From positions 40,672,001-40,736,000 of the forward strand of contig CM060734.1 of the NCBI GenBank assembly GCA_030704615.1: DNA of 64,000 nt. Direction: 5' to 3'. The stretch comes from Takakia lepidozioides. Taxonomy: Eukaryota; Plantae; Bryophyta. The position numbers and the translations under genes were made by a program. Below the pieces are notes generated by a model. The model was given only the letters and a program-made list of their open reading frames with translations. It ran no database searches and was not told the DNA's origin. Within the stretch, counting starts at the first letter, position 1. Every line of letters begins with the position of its first letter. This document shows positions 50,166-62,869 of this stretch, piece by piece.

Positions 50166-53019
50166 ACTCAAGATCTTTGGGAGGCTGGTTTGGTGGAGCT
50201 ATCTGGGGGAGAGTATGCTTCAGCTACAGTGATGCCAGCCAAGAAGGATGTCTTTGGCAATTGGACGGAGAGACGTATGTGCGGTGATTACCGGCCTGTA
50301 AATCGTCAGACCAAGTCCGATAGGTATGCCATGCCAACACCAGAGGAGATCTTTGATGCCATTGGGCATGCCAAGGTCTTTAGTACGTTGGATTTACGAT
50401 CTGGATATCACCAGTTGCCGATCAAGGAGGCGGATAAGCAAAAGACAACATTCTGGGGGATCAATGAGCACGGGAAGGATTGCCTATACCAGTGGCGGTT
50501 CTTACCATTTGGGCTTAAGAACGCTCCGGCAGAGTTTCAGAGAGTCATGGACAGGATCCTAGCAGGGGTGGAGTTTGCTCGGTGCTACATAGATGACATC
50601 ATCATCTTTAGTGCTACGGTGGAAGAGCATGAGAGACACCTTCAGGGGGTATTTGAGCGCTTGAGGGCGCACGGATTGAAGTTACATCCGGGAAAGTGCA
50701 AGTTTTTCCACAACCAGATTGAGTATCTGGGTCACATGATATATTCTGGAGGATTGGGGGTACAGCAGACTAAGGTAGAGTCCATTGCACAGGTTCCACG
50801 TCCCACGGATGTGAGCCGAGTTCGAGCTTTCATGGGGTTGGCAAACTATTATAGACGGTTTGTCAAAGGATTTAGTGCCATTGCAAAGGCTTTAATCAAA
50901 CTAACCAAGATGGACCAGGAGTGGCAGTGGGAAGATGAGCAAGAACAAGCTTTTCAAGAGCTCAAGGCGAGGTTGACCTCGGCGCCCATCTTGAGACGAC
51001 CTATCAGGGGGCGTCCTTTTCAGCTGCATACAGATTGGAGCATGTTGGGGCTTGGAGCGGTGCTCACACAAGTGGATGATGAGGGAAGAGAGTTCGTAGT
51101 GGCTTATGCTAGCCGCTCGAACAATGTTGCAGAGTCTAAGTATAGCTCATATGAGGGAGAATGCTTAGCTGCAGTGTGGGCCGTGGCACACTTCAGGTGC
51201 TATCTATACGGCAATCTCTTCACCCTTGTCATGGATCACCAACCACTCAAGTGGTTGATGGAGTTAGACAAGCTTACGGGGAAGCTTGCACGGTGAGCAC
51301 TCATCCTTCAAGAGTATGACTTTCAGGTTGTGCATCGACCGGGTTTGGTCAATGGGGATGCAGATGGGTTGAGTCGCAATCCATGCACGAGCCAGCAGGA
51401 TGACACTGGAGCTCGGTGGCATGGTGAGATGGACGAGGAGATGGTGCCCGGATGGCATGCATCTGCATTTCTGTGTATCTTGGCAGCGGAAGGCCAGGTT
51501 GGACCTGCAACAGGGATGACTGTAGATCAAGTGTCTGAGGACCCTGAGGCCAGCAATGAGCAAGGTGACGCCAAACATATACATGAGGATTCAGTTGTGT
51601 TGGACTACCTCCGCACTGGAGACACTGCAGCCACTGTGACTGCCAAGGAGAGGGATCGGATCCTACAACGAGCCAAGAGGTTCAAGTGGGAGGGGACACA
51701 CCTGCTCCGAGTGTGGGAGGATGGTCGAGATGATTGTGCCTCACCCAACATAGCGGGCACGGTTAGTGCGGCATGCCCATGAGGAGTTGGGGCATTTTGG
51801 GGTGCCACGTACTCATAGTCTACTGCAGGGGCAGTATTGGTGGCGTGGTATGCACACAGAGGTGCAACAATTTGTGGCTAGGTGCATGGTGTGTGATAGG
51901 GTTCGTGCTTCATTCAACGCCCCTACTCCACAATTGCACCCTCTTCCGATCATGGGATTGGGCTACAAGTGGAGTCTTGACTTCGCAGGGCCGTTGCCAC
52001 TGACCATGCGCCACAACAAGTACGTGTTGGTGATGGTGGAGCACTTCTCCAAGTGGATTGAATTGGTTCCATTGCCTGATAAGGCTAGTGAGGGAGCTGC
52101 GTATGCATTCTTGGATTGTGTGCTTAGCCGATTCGGTGCTCCAGCTAAGGTACTCACGGACCAAGGGAGAGAGTTCTTGGGGGAGTTTCAGGCTTTGAGT
52201 GACAAGGCCTTGATAGACCACCGCACCACTTCTCGGGATCATCCTGAGGCCAATGGCTTGGCAGAGAGAGTTGTTCAGACAGTAAAGAGGGGTTTGCGCA
52301 AGTATGGCTTGCAGAAGGGACACCTAGGAGATTGGGACCTTCAGTTACCTTGGTTAGCCATGGGCTACAGGTTCAGCAAGCAAGCATCACTTGCCTCCTT
52401 CTCACCATACTTTCTTCTCTTTGGCCGCGAGCCGGATTTGCCTACATCCATTCGCAGAGAAGCTGCTACAGTTCTTAACCTTGACGATCCGGATGTGTGG
52501 GCACGTGCATGTGAGCAGCGTGCAGAGTTGTTCAAGAAAGTCATGCCCATGGCTTTCGAGAACCTTGCCATTGCACAACATCGTGATACGTTGAGGTATG
52601 CTACCATACGTGGTGGGGGCTATCGTCTTGGGGTTCGGAGATTCAACCCTGGTGACTATGTCTATCTGCAGCAGACTGCTCCTACGACATTGTATATGAC
52701 TGCATGACGTGTTATTTTGAGGGTTCGAGAGGTTTTGCCCTCAGGCGTCTTGGTCTTGGAGGGTCGGGATGGCATAACTTGGAAGGACCATGTGCGTAAT
52801 TATACGCCATGTCACCTTCCGAATGTCGATGGCAGGATTGACCCAAACCTGGCAGTGGTATCTGCAAGTTTGAAATGCATGTTGTGTGGGTCTACTAGAG
52901 GAGTAGCCACCATGCTGGTGTGTGAACGATGCTCTAGAGGTTGGCATATGGGATGCTTGACTCCACCTCTTGAGATGGTTCCTGCTGGGGATTGGTTATG
53001 TCCGCATTGCATTGGATAG
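50166..53019 (+). pseudogene. E3 RT - RNase H - integrase - PHD
   Basis: Highly similar to E1 22568-25412; YIDD, DDE core, PHD; stops and frameshifts. Confidence 0.93.
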
Positions 53020-53804
53020 TGGGAGTGGATACAACCATGGAAGGCTAACAAGAAACGCAAGGCCCAGCTACTCGGAGACCTTGAACACACGAGGTCCTGG
53101 CTCAAGTTCACAGATTGCAAGACGACGACTAACGATGGGGCTACTCTTGTACCCGGCCTCTTGGTCGATAGAGTTTGAGTACAATAGGGACAGTAATAGA
53201 GGACTTAATATGGCTGTGGCTATTACATCTTGTAGCTATCTGAAGTTAGAGGGACCTATCCACCAACTAGGGGGGCGATTGTGACAGACTACTTTATTGT
53301 GCATATATGTGTGGTGTGGTTTGGACAGCGATGTAGTTGTGTAGCGATATGTATGCGCACGACAGCTGTCAAGTTAAATAAACACAGTGTGAAACTAACT
53401 AGAATAAAGCTAGTTATTTGTATTTAACACTTGGATTTAGTTCAAGTGTTAAGTCAGGTGTCAAGTTTAGTTTGACACCTGAACCGTCTTATCTTCATGC
53501 GAGCGTCAGTCGTGCGGCTCATCTCTCTCGAGTTGAGCCTGCGCGACCGAGCTCCTTCATGCTTTAGAATCTGAGTGTGCTTATGTAGGGGTATAGGTTG
53601 TTGTGGGGTGGAGTCCCCATAGCTTGGGGTGCCCCTGGCTCGACTATTATCTTAAAGAGTGATGTTGAGGGATTTCATGTTTCTTGTGTGAACAGTGTGT
53701 CCTTTAGCTTTCTTGTCATTGTGGCATACTACTTTATTGTGCATATATGTGTGGTGTGGTTTGGACAGCGATGTAGTTGTGTAGCGATATGTATGCGCAC
53801 GACA

Positions 53805-56800
53805 CAGTCACTGAGGACAATTGGGAACCAGATGTTGGACCTACAGTCACCGGAGGAGAGAGACGGAGGATCCATCGATTTCTAAGGGCTTATAGAAATT
53901 GCTTTGCCTTCGGTTTGAAGGATTTGGGGAGTTTGAAGGGTCAGGAGATTCGTATTGATTTGGCAAGTGACACGCCAATCTTTCGAAGGCCCTACTGGTA
54001 TAGTGACATGGAGAGGTCATTGATCCAGTCACGGACTATGGAGTTGTTCGAAGCTGGATTGGTGGAGTTGTCAGGCGGGGAGTATGCCTCGGCAACGGTG
54101 ATGCCAGCTAAGAAGGATATCTATGGCAATTGGACAGAAAGAAGGATGTGTGGGGACTATCGTCCTGTGAACCGTCAGACTAAGTCCGATAGATATGTCA
54201 TGCCAACTCCAGATGAGATCTTTGATGCCATTGGGCATGCAAAGGTGTTTAGCACATTGAACTTGCGATCCGGTTACCACCAGTTGCCAATCAAAGAGGC
54301 TGACAAACAAAAGACGACATTCTGGGGGATTGACCAACATGGGAAGGATTGTTTGTACCAATGGCGGTTCTTACCGTTTGGGTTGAAGAATGCTCCTGCA
54401 GAGTTTCAGAGGGTCATGGATAGGATTCTCGCGGGGCTAGACTTCGCCCGGTGCTACATTGATGACATCATCGTCTTTAGTGCTACGGTTGAGGAGCATG
54501 AGAGACACATTCAGGTGGTGTTTGAGCGCTTGAGAGCGCACGGGTTGAAATTGCACCCCGGAAAGTGCAAGTTCTTCCACAATTAGATTGAGTATCTGGG
54601 CCACATGATATACCCTGGAGGATTGGGTGTTCAATAGACAAAGGTGGAGGCCATTGCATGCATTCCACCCCCATGTGAGCAGAGTTTGTGCTTTCATGGG
54701 ATTGGCAAACTACTATCGACGGTTTGTCAAGGGATTTAGCAACATTGCAAAGGCTCTTACCAAGTTGACCAAGGTGGGTCAGGAGTGGCAGTGGGAGGAG
54801 GAGCAGGAGGAAGCCTTTGAGGAACTCAAGGCTCGATTGACTTCTGCGCCTATTTTGAGGCGGCATATTCGGGGGCGGCCTTTCCAGCTACATACGGATT
54901 GGAGTATGCTGGGGATTGGAGCAGTGCTCACACAGGTGGATGATGAGGGAAGAGAGTTTGTAGTGGCATATGCTAGCCGCTCGAATAATGATGCCGAGGC
55001 AAAGTATAGTTCCTATGAAGGGGAGTGTCTAGCTGCAGTATGGGCAGTGGCACATTTCAGATGCTACCTCTATGGCAATCTCTTCACCCTTGTCACGGAT
55101 CACCAACCATTGAAGTGGTTGATGGAGTCAGACAAGCTTACAAGGAAGCTTACACGGTGGGCACTTATGCTTCAAGAGTATGACTTCCAGGTGGTGCATC
55201 GAGCCGGTATTGTCAATCGGGATGCAGATGGATTGAGTCGTAATCCATGCACGAGCGAGCATGATGATACTGGAGCTCGGTGGCATGGTGTGACGGATGA
55301 GAAGATGGTGCCAGGATGGCATGCATCGGCATTTTGGTGCATTCTAGCAATGGGAGCTCAAGCTGGTTCATCTCATGCGATTGGTCATGTAGATAGCGTG
55401 CATGACGATCCAGAGACTAGTGAGGAGTTTGGTGGTGCTCAGGATGTACATGAAGATGCAGCAGTGTTGGTCTACCTTTGTACTGGAGAGACAACAGCCA
55501 GTGTGACTGCTAAGGAGAGAGATCGGATCCTACAACGAGCCAAGAGGTTCAAGTGGGAGGGGACTCACCTACTCCGGGTATGGGAGGATGGGTGAGTGAG
55601 GATTGTGCCTCATCCAACACAACGAGCACGATTGATATGCCATGCCCATGAGGAGTTGGGACATTTTGGGGTGCGGCGCACTCATAGTTTGCTGCAAAGG
55701 CAGTATTGGTGGCGGGGCATGCACACGGATGTGCAACAGTTAGTGGCAAGGTGCATGGTGTGTGATAGAGTGCGGGCTTCTTTCAACGCCCCTACTCCAC
55801 AATTGCATCCTTTACCCATTATGGGTTTGGGCTATCGTTGGAGTCTTGACTTTGCAGGCCCATTGTCATTGACGATTCGTCATAACAAGTATGAGTTGGT
55901 GATGGTGGAACACTTCTCCAAATGGATTGAACTGGTGGCATTGCCTGACAAGGCAAGTGAGGGGGCTGCATATGCATTCTTAGATCGAGCGCTTAGCCAT
56001 TTTGGTGCTCCAGCCGAGGTACTCACGGACTAGGGGAGAGAGTTCTTGGGGGAGTTTCAGGCTTTGTGTGAGCAAGCCTTGATAGATCACCGCACTACTT
56101 CTCGGGATCATCCCGAGGCTGATGGCTTGGTGGAGAGAGTTGTTCAGACAGTCAAGAGAGGTTTGCGCAAGTACGGTTTGCAGAAGGGACACCTAGGAGA
56201 TTAGGACCTTCAGCTGCCTTGGCTAGCTATGGGCTATAGGTTCAGCAAACAAGCTTCACTTGCCTCCTTCTCACCTTACTTTCTTCTCTTTGGCTGAGAG
56301 CTGGATTTGCCTGCATCTATTCGCAGGGAGGCTGCAGTAGTTCTCAACCTTGATGATCCAGATGTGTGGACACAAGCATGTGCCCAGCGGGCAGAGTTGT
56401 TCAAGAGAGTCATGCCTATGGCTTTTGGGAACCTTGCTATTGCCCAACACCAAGACACATTGAGGTACGCCACTATACGTGGAGGGGGATATCGGCCAAG
56501 TGTTCGGCGTTTCCACCCTGGGACTATGTGTATTTGCAGCAGACAGCACCTACGACCTTAGATGTTACAACTGGACGTGTGATTCTAAGGGTCAGGGAGG
56601 TGTTGCCTTCAGGAGTGTTGATTCTGGAGGGTCGAGATGGCATGGTATGGAAGGACCATGTGCGCAATTGTGCGCCATGTCACCTTCCACATGTGGATGG
56701 GAGGATAGATCCCAACCTTGCAGTGGTACCTGCAGGGTTGCGTTGCATGCTATGTGGGCATGCTGGTGGCGCCGCAACCATGTTGGTGTGTGACAAATGC

Positions 56801-56893
56801 TCAAGGGGGTGACACATGGGATGCTTGACACCGCCACTTGAGGAGGTTCCTATCGGAGAATGGTTGTGTCCACGATGTCTTGGACAGAGGTAG
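53805..56893 (+). pseudogene. E2 RT - RNase H - integrase - PHD (continuation after E3)
   Basis: Same motifs with several stops; PHD CMLC..CDKC..HMGC..WLCPRC. Confidence 0.92.
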
Positions 56894-57671
56894 TGGGCAT
56901 GACAATGCTGAAGCGGACAAGTGATCCAAGGTCTAGCTAGTGGGGCTTCAATGTCATGGATACTCAACTGAAGATCATGGATTGCATGAAGGCGACTAAC
57001 GATGGGGCTACGTTTGCACCCGGCCTCTTGATCTATCGACTTCAGGTGTTGGGACTTGTGCGATTGAAGACCAAGCGATGATCTTATTGGGATGGATACT
57101 TGCAAGCTATCCGGTGTTAGAGGGACCTAATCACCAGCTAGAGGGGCGATTGTGGCGTGGCTTTCTAGGACTATATGCTAGGAAGTGTGGTTGGACAGCG
57201 ATGTATGTTGTGGCATGATCCTTAGGTGCACGACAGCTGTCATGGTTTTGTTTGTGATTAGTTAGAAATAGTTATTTCTAGCTAATTATGACATTATACA
57301 TTTATATTTGTATTTTGTTGGCATTGGGACTTCATTTGGTTCCATGTGCCAAGTGAGGTGACGAACCTCACTTGGGACGTGGGGAGGTTATCTCCACGTG
57401 AGACGTAGGCAAGCTCGTCTTCTTCTAGTCGAGCCTCCCGAGGCCTCTCTCGCCGCCATAGCTCTAGTACTTGAGATGGAGAGTGGGTGAGGTCTGTATG
57501 GTGGAGTCCTTTAGCAAAGGTGCCATTGGCTTGACTTATATAATGTGATAGAGTGGTTTCTCCTCTTTTCACCATTTCCGTATCATTGTGGCGTGGCTTT
57601 CTAGGACTATATGCTAGGAAGTGTGGTTGGATAGCGATGTATGATGTGGCACGATGCTTAGGTGCACGACA

Positions 57672-57770
57672 AAGAAAAAGATGGTCAACTGTAGAAAGTT
57701 GCCGGGGCTACCAGATCCACTACGTAGAGATGAAGAAAAGAATGTAAGTTTATCTGGTTTTTTATTTCCA
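57672..57770 (+). repeat. ~100-bp dispersed repeat, also at ~62660-62760
   Basis: aaagatggtc(a/g)actgtagaaagttg..ccagatccacta..gaatgtaagtttatctggttttttatttccaga at both sites. Confidence 0.85.
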
Positions 57771-58155
57771 GAAAAAAATGCATCTGGATGTTGCCCTTGT
57801 TGTCGCTGACCCAAGGGTGCTATGGTGGTATTGTAATTAACCTTAATATGTAAAAGGCAGGTTTCATGGGTTTTTCTAGACCCTTCAGTGTGAAGGGTGG
57901 CCCAACGCATTTAGGCGCATTTTGTAGGGCACTTTTGACAATTGCCCATATTTGAAGGGCACCAAAACTCACGACGGATGCAAACTACACTTGAACCACG
58001 TCTACGACTGTGAAAAAGTGTACTACCTGATGCATGATCATGAGAGGGGAGGCTTGGGACTCTCTTCCGCTTCCAACAAGCAAGCATAGGATGCCAACAA
58101 TTGCAACCACAGCTGCAACAACAGCCGCAACAACACCCATATCTTCGCAAGGGAA

Positions 58156-59361
58156 CTATGATGATGGGAATCTTTCCTTCTTGCCTCTCCACGATTCTCC
58201 TACAATGTCAAATGCCGGTAATTCTGATTTATGGTCTACAAAGACTACGTACAGATCACCGCACCATCTTGCAAGCCACTGGCAATATTTGCCCTGGCTG
58301 GAATAAATTGCAAAGAAGTAGCGCAATAGTTTATCAGGAACTTCCGGCAACCTCTTCCATTCTCGAGTGGAGACATTCAATTCCCATAAACATGGAGAGC
58401 TCCATCCAACAGCACCCGAAGCAGTCCCAGCTACCACCTTGCGGCCCTGCCTTACAAAGAACATAACTTCTTGCTGGAAATGATCGGGCATATGTGTCCT
58501 AATCTCCATCCAAACTCCGGTGCCAATGTCGTAAGCAAACAGCTGGTGGAAGGCAATGTACCATGGGATGGAACGGCTATCCAAACAATAGATCATGACA
58601 TACATGACGTTGCCAAATTTTGTAGTGCCTGCTGTCATATAATGTCGCCCAGGACATTGCTTATCTAGCTCCATGTTTCCCATCTCATTCCACGAGTTGG
58701 AGATGGATTCGTAGACCAAAGTTCTATGCATTTCAAACAGTGCATTGAACCAAAGTCCTTCAAGAGACTCTACTACAACCCTAATAAACTTGTATCCTCC
58801 GGTACTGCTATCCATCACCAATTCATTAAGAAAACAACGCGATGTTCTGGCACTTTAGATAACCGTGGCGGCAAGCGTCTGCCACACTTTGCGATTGGAT
58901 TGAACACGATGATGTACGAACCCCCAGGTATTGATTTCACTTCGATGGAAAACAACCCTCCATCTGTCGATACGTTGTAACCGCAACCTGATGTCGGCAT
59001 ATCTTTTGTGCAAAGGTCTAAGGAATGTGAGGTCTATCTGGTGCCCATTGCACATGCCACTTGCAGATGGATACAGAAACTCCATACGTCCTATGTTCAT
59101 ATAAAAGATGAAGGATGGCTCTATATGATCGAGACCGACTTGGTTGCGGAGATGAAGAAAACCCGGAGTTGCTGGCAGGGATCGCCATCGCTTGCACACC
59201 ATCAGTAAGCGGCAAAGATTTCTGCAAGATATGCATGCCAACACTCTATCTAGTAAGTCGCACGGTAGCCTACTCCACACCTCACTGTCCATAAGCGTTG
59301 GTGGATTGTGATGAGAGAGAGCGGCCAAGTAGCCACAATCCTCGGGTAGAGGCATCCTCAT
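58156..59361 (-). pseudogene. F-box protein with beta-propeller-like C-terminus; two frameshifts
   Basis: VWSRLPCDLLDRVLACISCRNLCRLLMVCKRWRSL; DGGLF..IIVFNPIAK..RRLPP; YESISNSW; LFAYDIGTGVW; LWELNVSTREW. Confidence 0.75.
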
Positions 59362-60857
59362 AGCCTTCCTGTCACGAACCTCTCTCTTCTACTCAAGACT
59401 TCAAGACTTTGTTCGGTGGCCACAACTGTCAGTCGCCACCACAAACTTGCAATCTGTGAAGAAATCAAGTGGGAGTCTAGAGACTTGCGTGCTTAAATAT
59501 ATGTAAGGATACAAGACCCAAACTTGGGTTTGCATAAATATAGCACTTGGTTCTTACTAAGTTCGCCACACACTTTTACTGGTGTTGATGCAGACCAAAT
59601 TTAACTCCGGCCTCACTACTAAAGATAAAGATAAAGTTTCTTTAACGTCCAGTCAAAGCCAATCCAATTTTGGTTTTAGGTCTGCCATAAAAATCTTGGC
59701 CTGTAGATCAGGCTGATCAGAACAAGAAATGATGAGCAGTATTACAGGTTTGCGCACTAGGCTTGCCGCTTAAGATGAATTTATCTTTGTGGGATACCCA
59801 AAGTCTTTGACGTGCGAAGCTATAGTACATCAAAAGCCCCCTTTGTGGGCAGTGCAGGCCGAGTGAGAGCTTTTGGACTTTGATTCGGTCGGTGGTTTCT
59901 ATGGTAAGCAAGTTTGTAATTGGGATACTTATGGTTGGAGATGGACATGGGAGGAGAGGGCAAACTGAAAAGGTGTGTGTGTACATGAAGTACACCTCGT
60001 CCTACTACATGCTGGCTGTAGCTTGGTCCAGCAGGGCTTGATAAAACATTGTGATCTTGGGTGGAAGGGTGTTTGTTTAGGAAGAAGAGACGTTCAATTG
60101 TTTGTGAAGATGCGGCCACCGCAGTGAGCCATCTCCCAAGAGTGATCCTAGGAGTAATTGATTTTCATTGAATCCTACAAAAATAAAAGATATTTGTGCG
60201 AGTCTTACATCAAGTACTTATTTGGAGGGATTTTGATAGTCCCTGTGACCAGGCAACTCATAGGGCTAGGTCGTATCAGTTTTTTAGCTGCTTTTCTTGT
60301 GGAAGTGGAGCTGAGCGATGTGAGGGAGGCATGAAGGACCATACTTTAGAACTTGTTGCAGTTTTAATTGCCTCAAATCTTTTCATGCATACTCAACTGA
60401 TTCAGGGGGCTTGCCAAACTAGAAGTGAATTGTGGCTCCACAGCCGAGGCTTACATTGTCGTAGCGTGATGGTTGGTGGTAGCTGCAACTCCTGGCAAAC
60501 AAAAACTAGCACAAACCAAGTAGGAGGAAAACTCTTGGTGGTTCCTCCAATACGATGGTATTTCACACGTAACAAATCTTTCAACAATAAATTAACCACA
60601 AGATGCTCTTGCAAATTATGACCTTCGCCGTCTTAGAGAAGCTGTGAGGGAAATACGATCTCATCTAGAGACATGTAGGTGTCATTCTAAGGGTACATGT
60701 GCATTGTCTTTTGCAAATCACTTAAGGCCTCTCACCTCTCCCTGCTTGCAACACAGAACCTATTAGTCTACCTGGTTGTCAACTTTACACAGACTCCTGT
60801 TCAGTAGGTCTACTTTTGACCTCTTAGATGAAAATCTCAAACCCTACTGTGCGATAA

Positions 60858-61474
60858 GTGAGATAACCTTTGTATTCGACTTCCTAAGTAATTCCAGCAA
60901 TGTTGTTAGTCCCGAAGATGTAGACCATAGACAACTGGATGGCATATCCTGGGATTTCTGAACAAGCCATGTTTCATCAGGAAGCGCTGTGAGATAACCT
61001 TTGTATTCGACTTCCTAAGTACTTCTAGCAATGTTGTCAGTTCCGAAGATGTAGACCACAGACAACTTGATGGCATATCATGGGATTTCTGAACAGGCCA
61101 TGTTTCATCAGGAAGCGCTGTGACGCCAGCTTTTGCGACTGCGTTTCCAGGTCTCAAAACTTTGGGCATCGCCATGGCGCGCCTAGACTCTGCACAAGGA
61201 GGCCTTGTGACACCCCACACACACCAAAAATGACAAGCTCTTTGCTACTACGCTGCACAAGGGTGATGTGTTTGTCTTCCCAAGAGGCCTTGTGCACTTT
61301 GAGCTGAATGTGGGTAAGGGGCTAGCTTTGGCTATCGCAACATTCAACAGTAAGAATCCAGGCATGCAAGCTATACCCACTGCTTTGTTTGGTTCCGGTA
61401 TGAGCGACATTGTGCTGGAGAAAGCATTTTGTGTCAATGAGAAGGCCATCGGGTACCTAAAATCCAAATTTTAG
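60858..61474 (+). pseudogene. Germin-like (cupin) pseudogene with a 131-bp tandem duplication and an internal deletion
   Basis: GSAVTPAFATAFPGLKTLGIAMARLD..GGLVTPHTH; KGDVFVFPRGLVHFELNVG; duplicated units start at 60858 and 60989. Confidence 0.8.
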
Positions 61475-62869
61475 ACATGTTACCTGCATTTCTACAAATG
61501 GAAAGATACATATATCAACTAGTCAGCATAAGCCTATTGTATAGAGAATTTCTTGCCAGGCACTAGAGGGTATTCTGAACATTGGATTATGGACCAACTG
61601 GTCCCGAATCCTAAAGTATGACTGTCTTCAATTCAAGCAACACATTAGGTAGCCCTGTACTTACCTCGATCTATATTATCTAACTTAAGGCAAGGTGATT
61701 CAATCCTTGTAACTGCTCATTGTTTTAAAAGGGTTAAGAAGATTCCTTTCCATAGCCCGATCCTTTCATTCTAACTTCAATAGACTTAATTCCCGGTCGA
61801 ATGGCAGTTTTCCGCAGTTTCTTGAGTAGCAAAAGTAGGCCTGAAGTTGATTTGAGGATAGATTACAGATATGCAACCAAGTTAGCTATAGAATGCATTC
61901 TACGAAAATGCTGAATGCCGGACAAGCGAATTGGGATTACTGGGCGAGTTATCGGTGGTCCCACTTGAATATGAGATAAACGAGGTTCCGAAGTAGTGGT
62001 TCAGATGGAGCTCCACTGCTGAAGTAACTAATTATAATACACGCGCGGGATCGCAGAAAAACGGGGGATTGTGTTGCACTACGGATCATACAGGTTCCCA
62101 CACCCCTGATCCTTACAGACATCAGCAAGAAACTGTGAAAATGTAATGAACGTCAGCCGGTGCTCTATGAAACAATGTAATTATCAGCAGCTTTGTGGAA
62201 TTTCCAGGCTTCATCCTATTCTCGCAACACCAGTGCTAGCCCTCATTCATGCCTAGGCTACGGAACCCAGCAGTAGTGAATTTTTTCGTCATACTTTCGC
62301 AGACTGTGTTTTATTCGTTGATATGTTTTCTACTTTGTCAAGAGGTTCCAACTTCCAACTTCCAAGAGGCAACTGAGTCTCGATTCCAGCTTGTGGAATT
62401 TCTCAAAAACCATGAGCTCATGATATATAACAACTAAGCATAACGGAGGGTGTAATATCCTACCCTAACAATTATAGAGGTCACACTTAAGGCGGTCTCC
62501 CTTTATCTTTAAACAAAAAAACAAAAGGTGGTCGATTAGATGGAAAGTAATATTTATTAATATTATAAATAATTATTAAAATATATTAAAATTGCCTCTC
62601 ATTTTTAAATAATTGGGAGTTTAAGTCTCATGTGTTTAAGTCCCCTTTAGAAAAAAGAAAAAAAAAGATGGTCGACTGTAGAAAGTTGTTGGGGCTGCCA
62701 GATCCACTATGTAGAGATAAAAAAAAGAATGTAAGTTTATCTGGTTTTTTATTTCCAGATATGGGCACCGCCGCACATATCACAGTCTATCCGAACCTAA
62801 GGTGGATCTTCCAATACCTCTATATTCCAAGAGAGATACGACAATCCAGGTATCCTTGTTGATTCCTTG

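Larger units (their letters stand above)
47077..53804 (+). mobile_element. Nested Gypsy element E3 (split repeats), non-autonomous, carrying captured host cDNA
   Basis: A1 47077-47429, B1 53280-53364, gc, A2 53367-53718, t, B2 53720-53804; TSD CAGT (47073-47076 / 53805-53808); removing E3 restores colinearity with E1 at 22331-22358. Confidence 0.93.
39960..57671 (+). mobile_element. Ty3/Gypsy retrotransposon E2 (split repeats, DNMT, PHD), containing nested E3
   Basis: A1 39960-40307, B1 57151-57235, gc, A2 57238-57585, t, B2 57587-57671; TSD AAGA (39956-39959 / 57672-57675). Confidence 0.93.
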
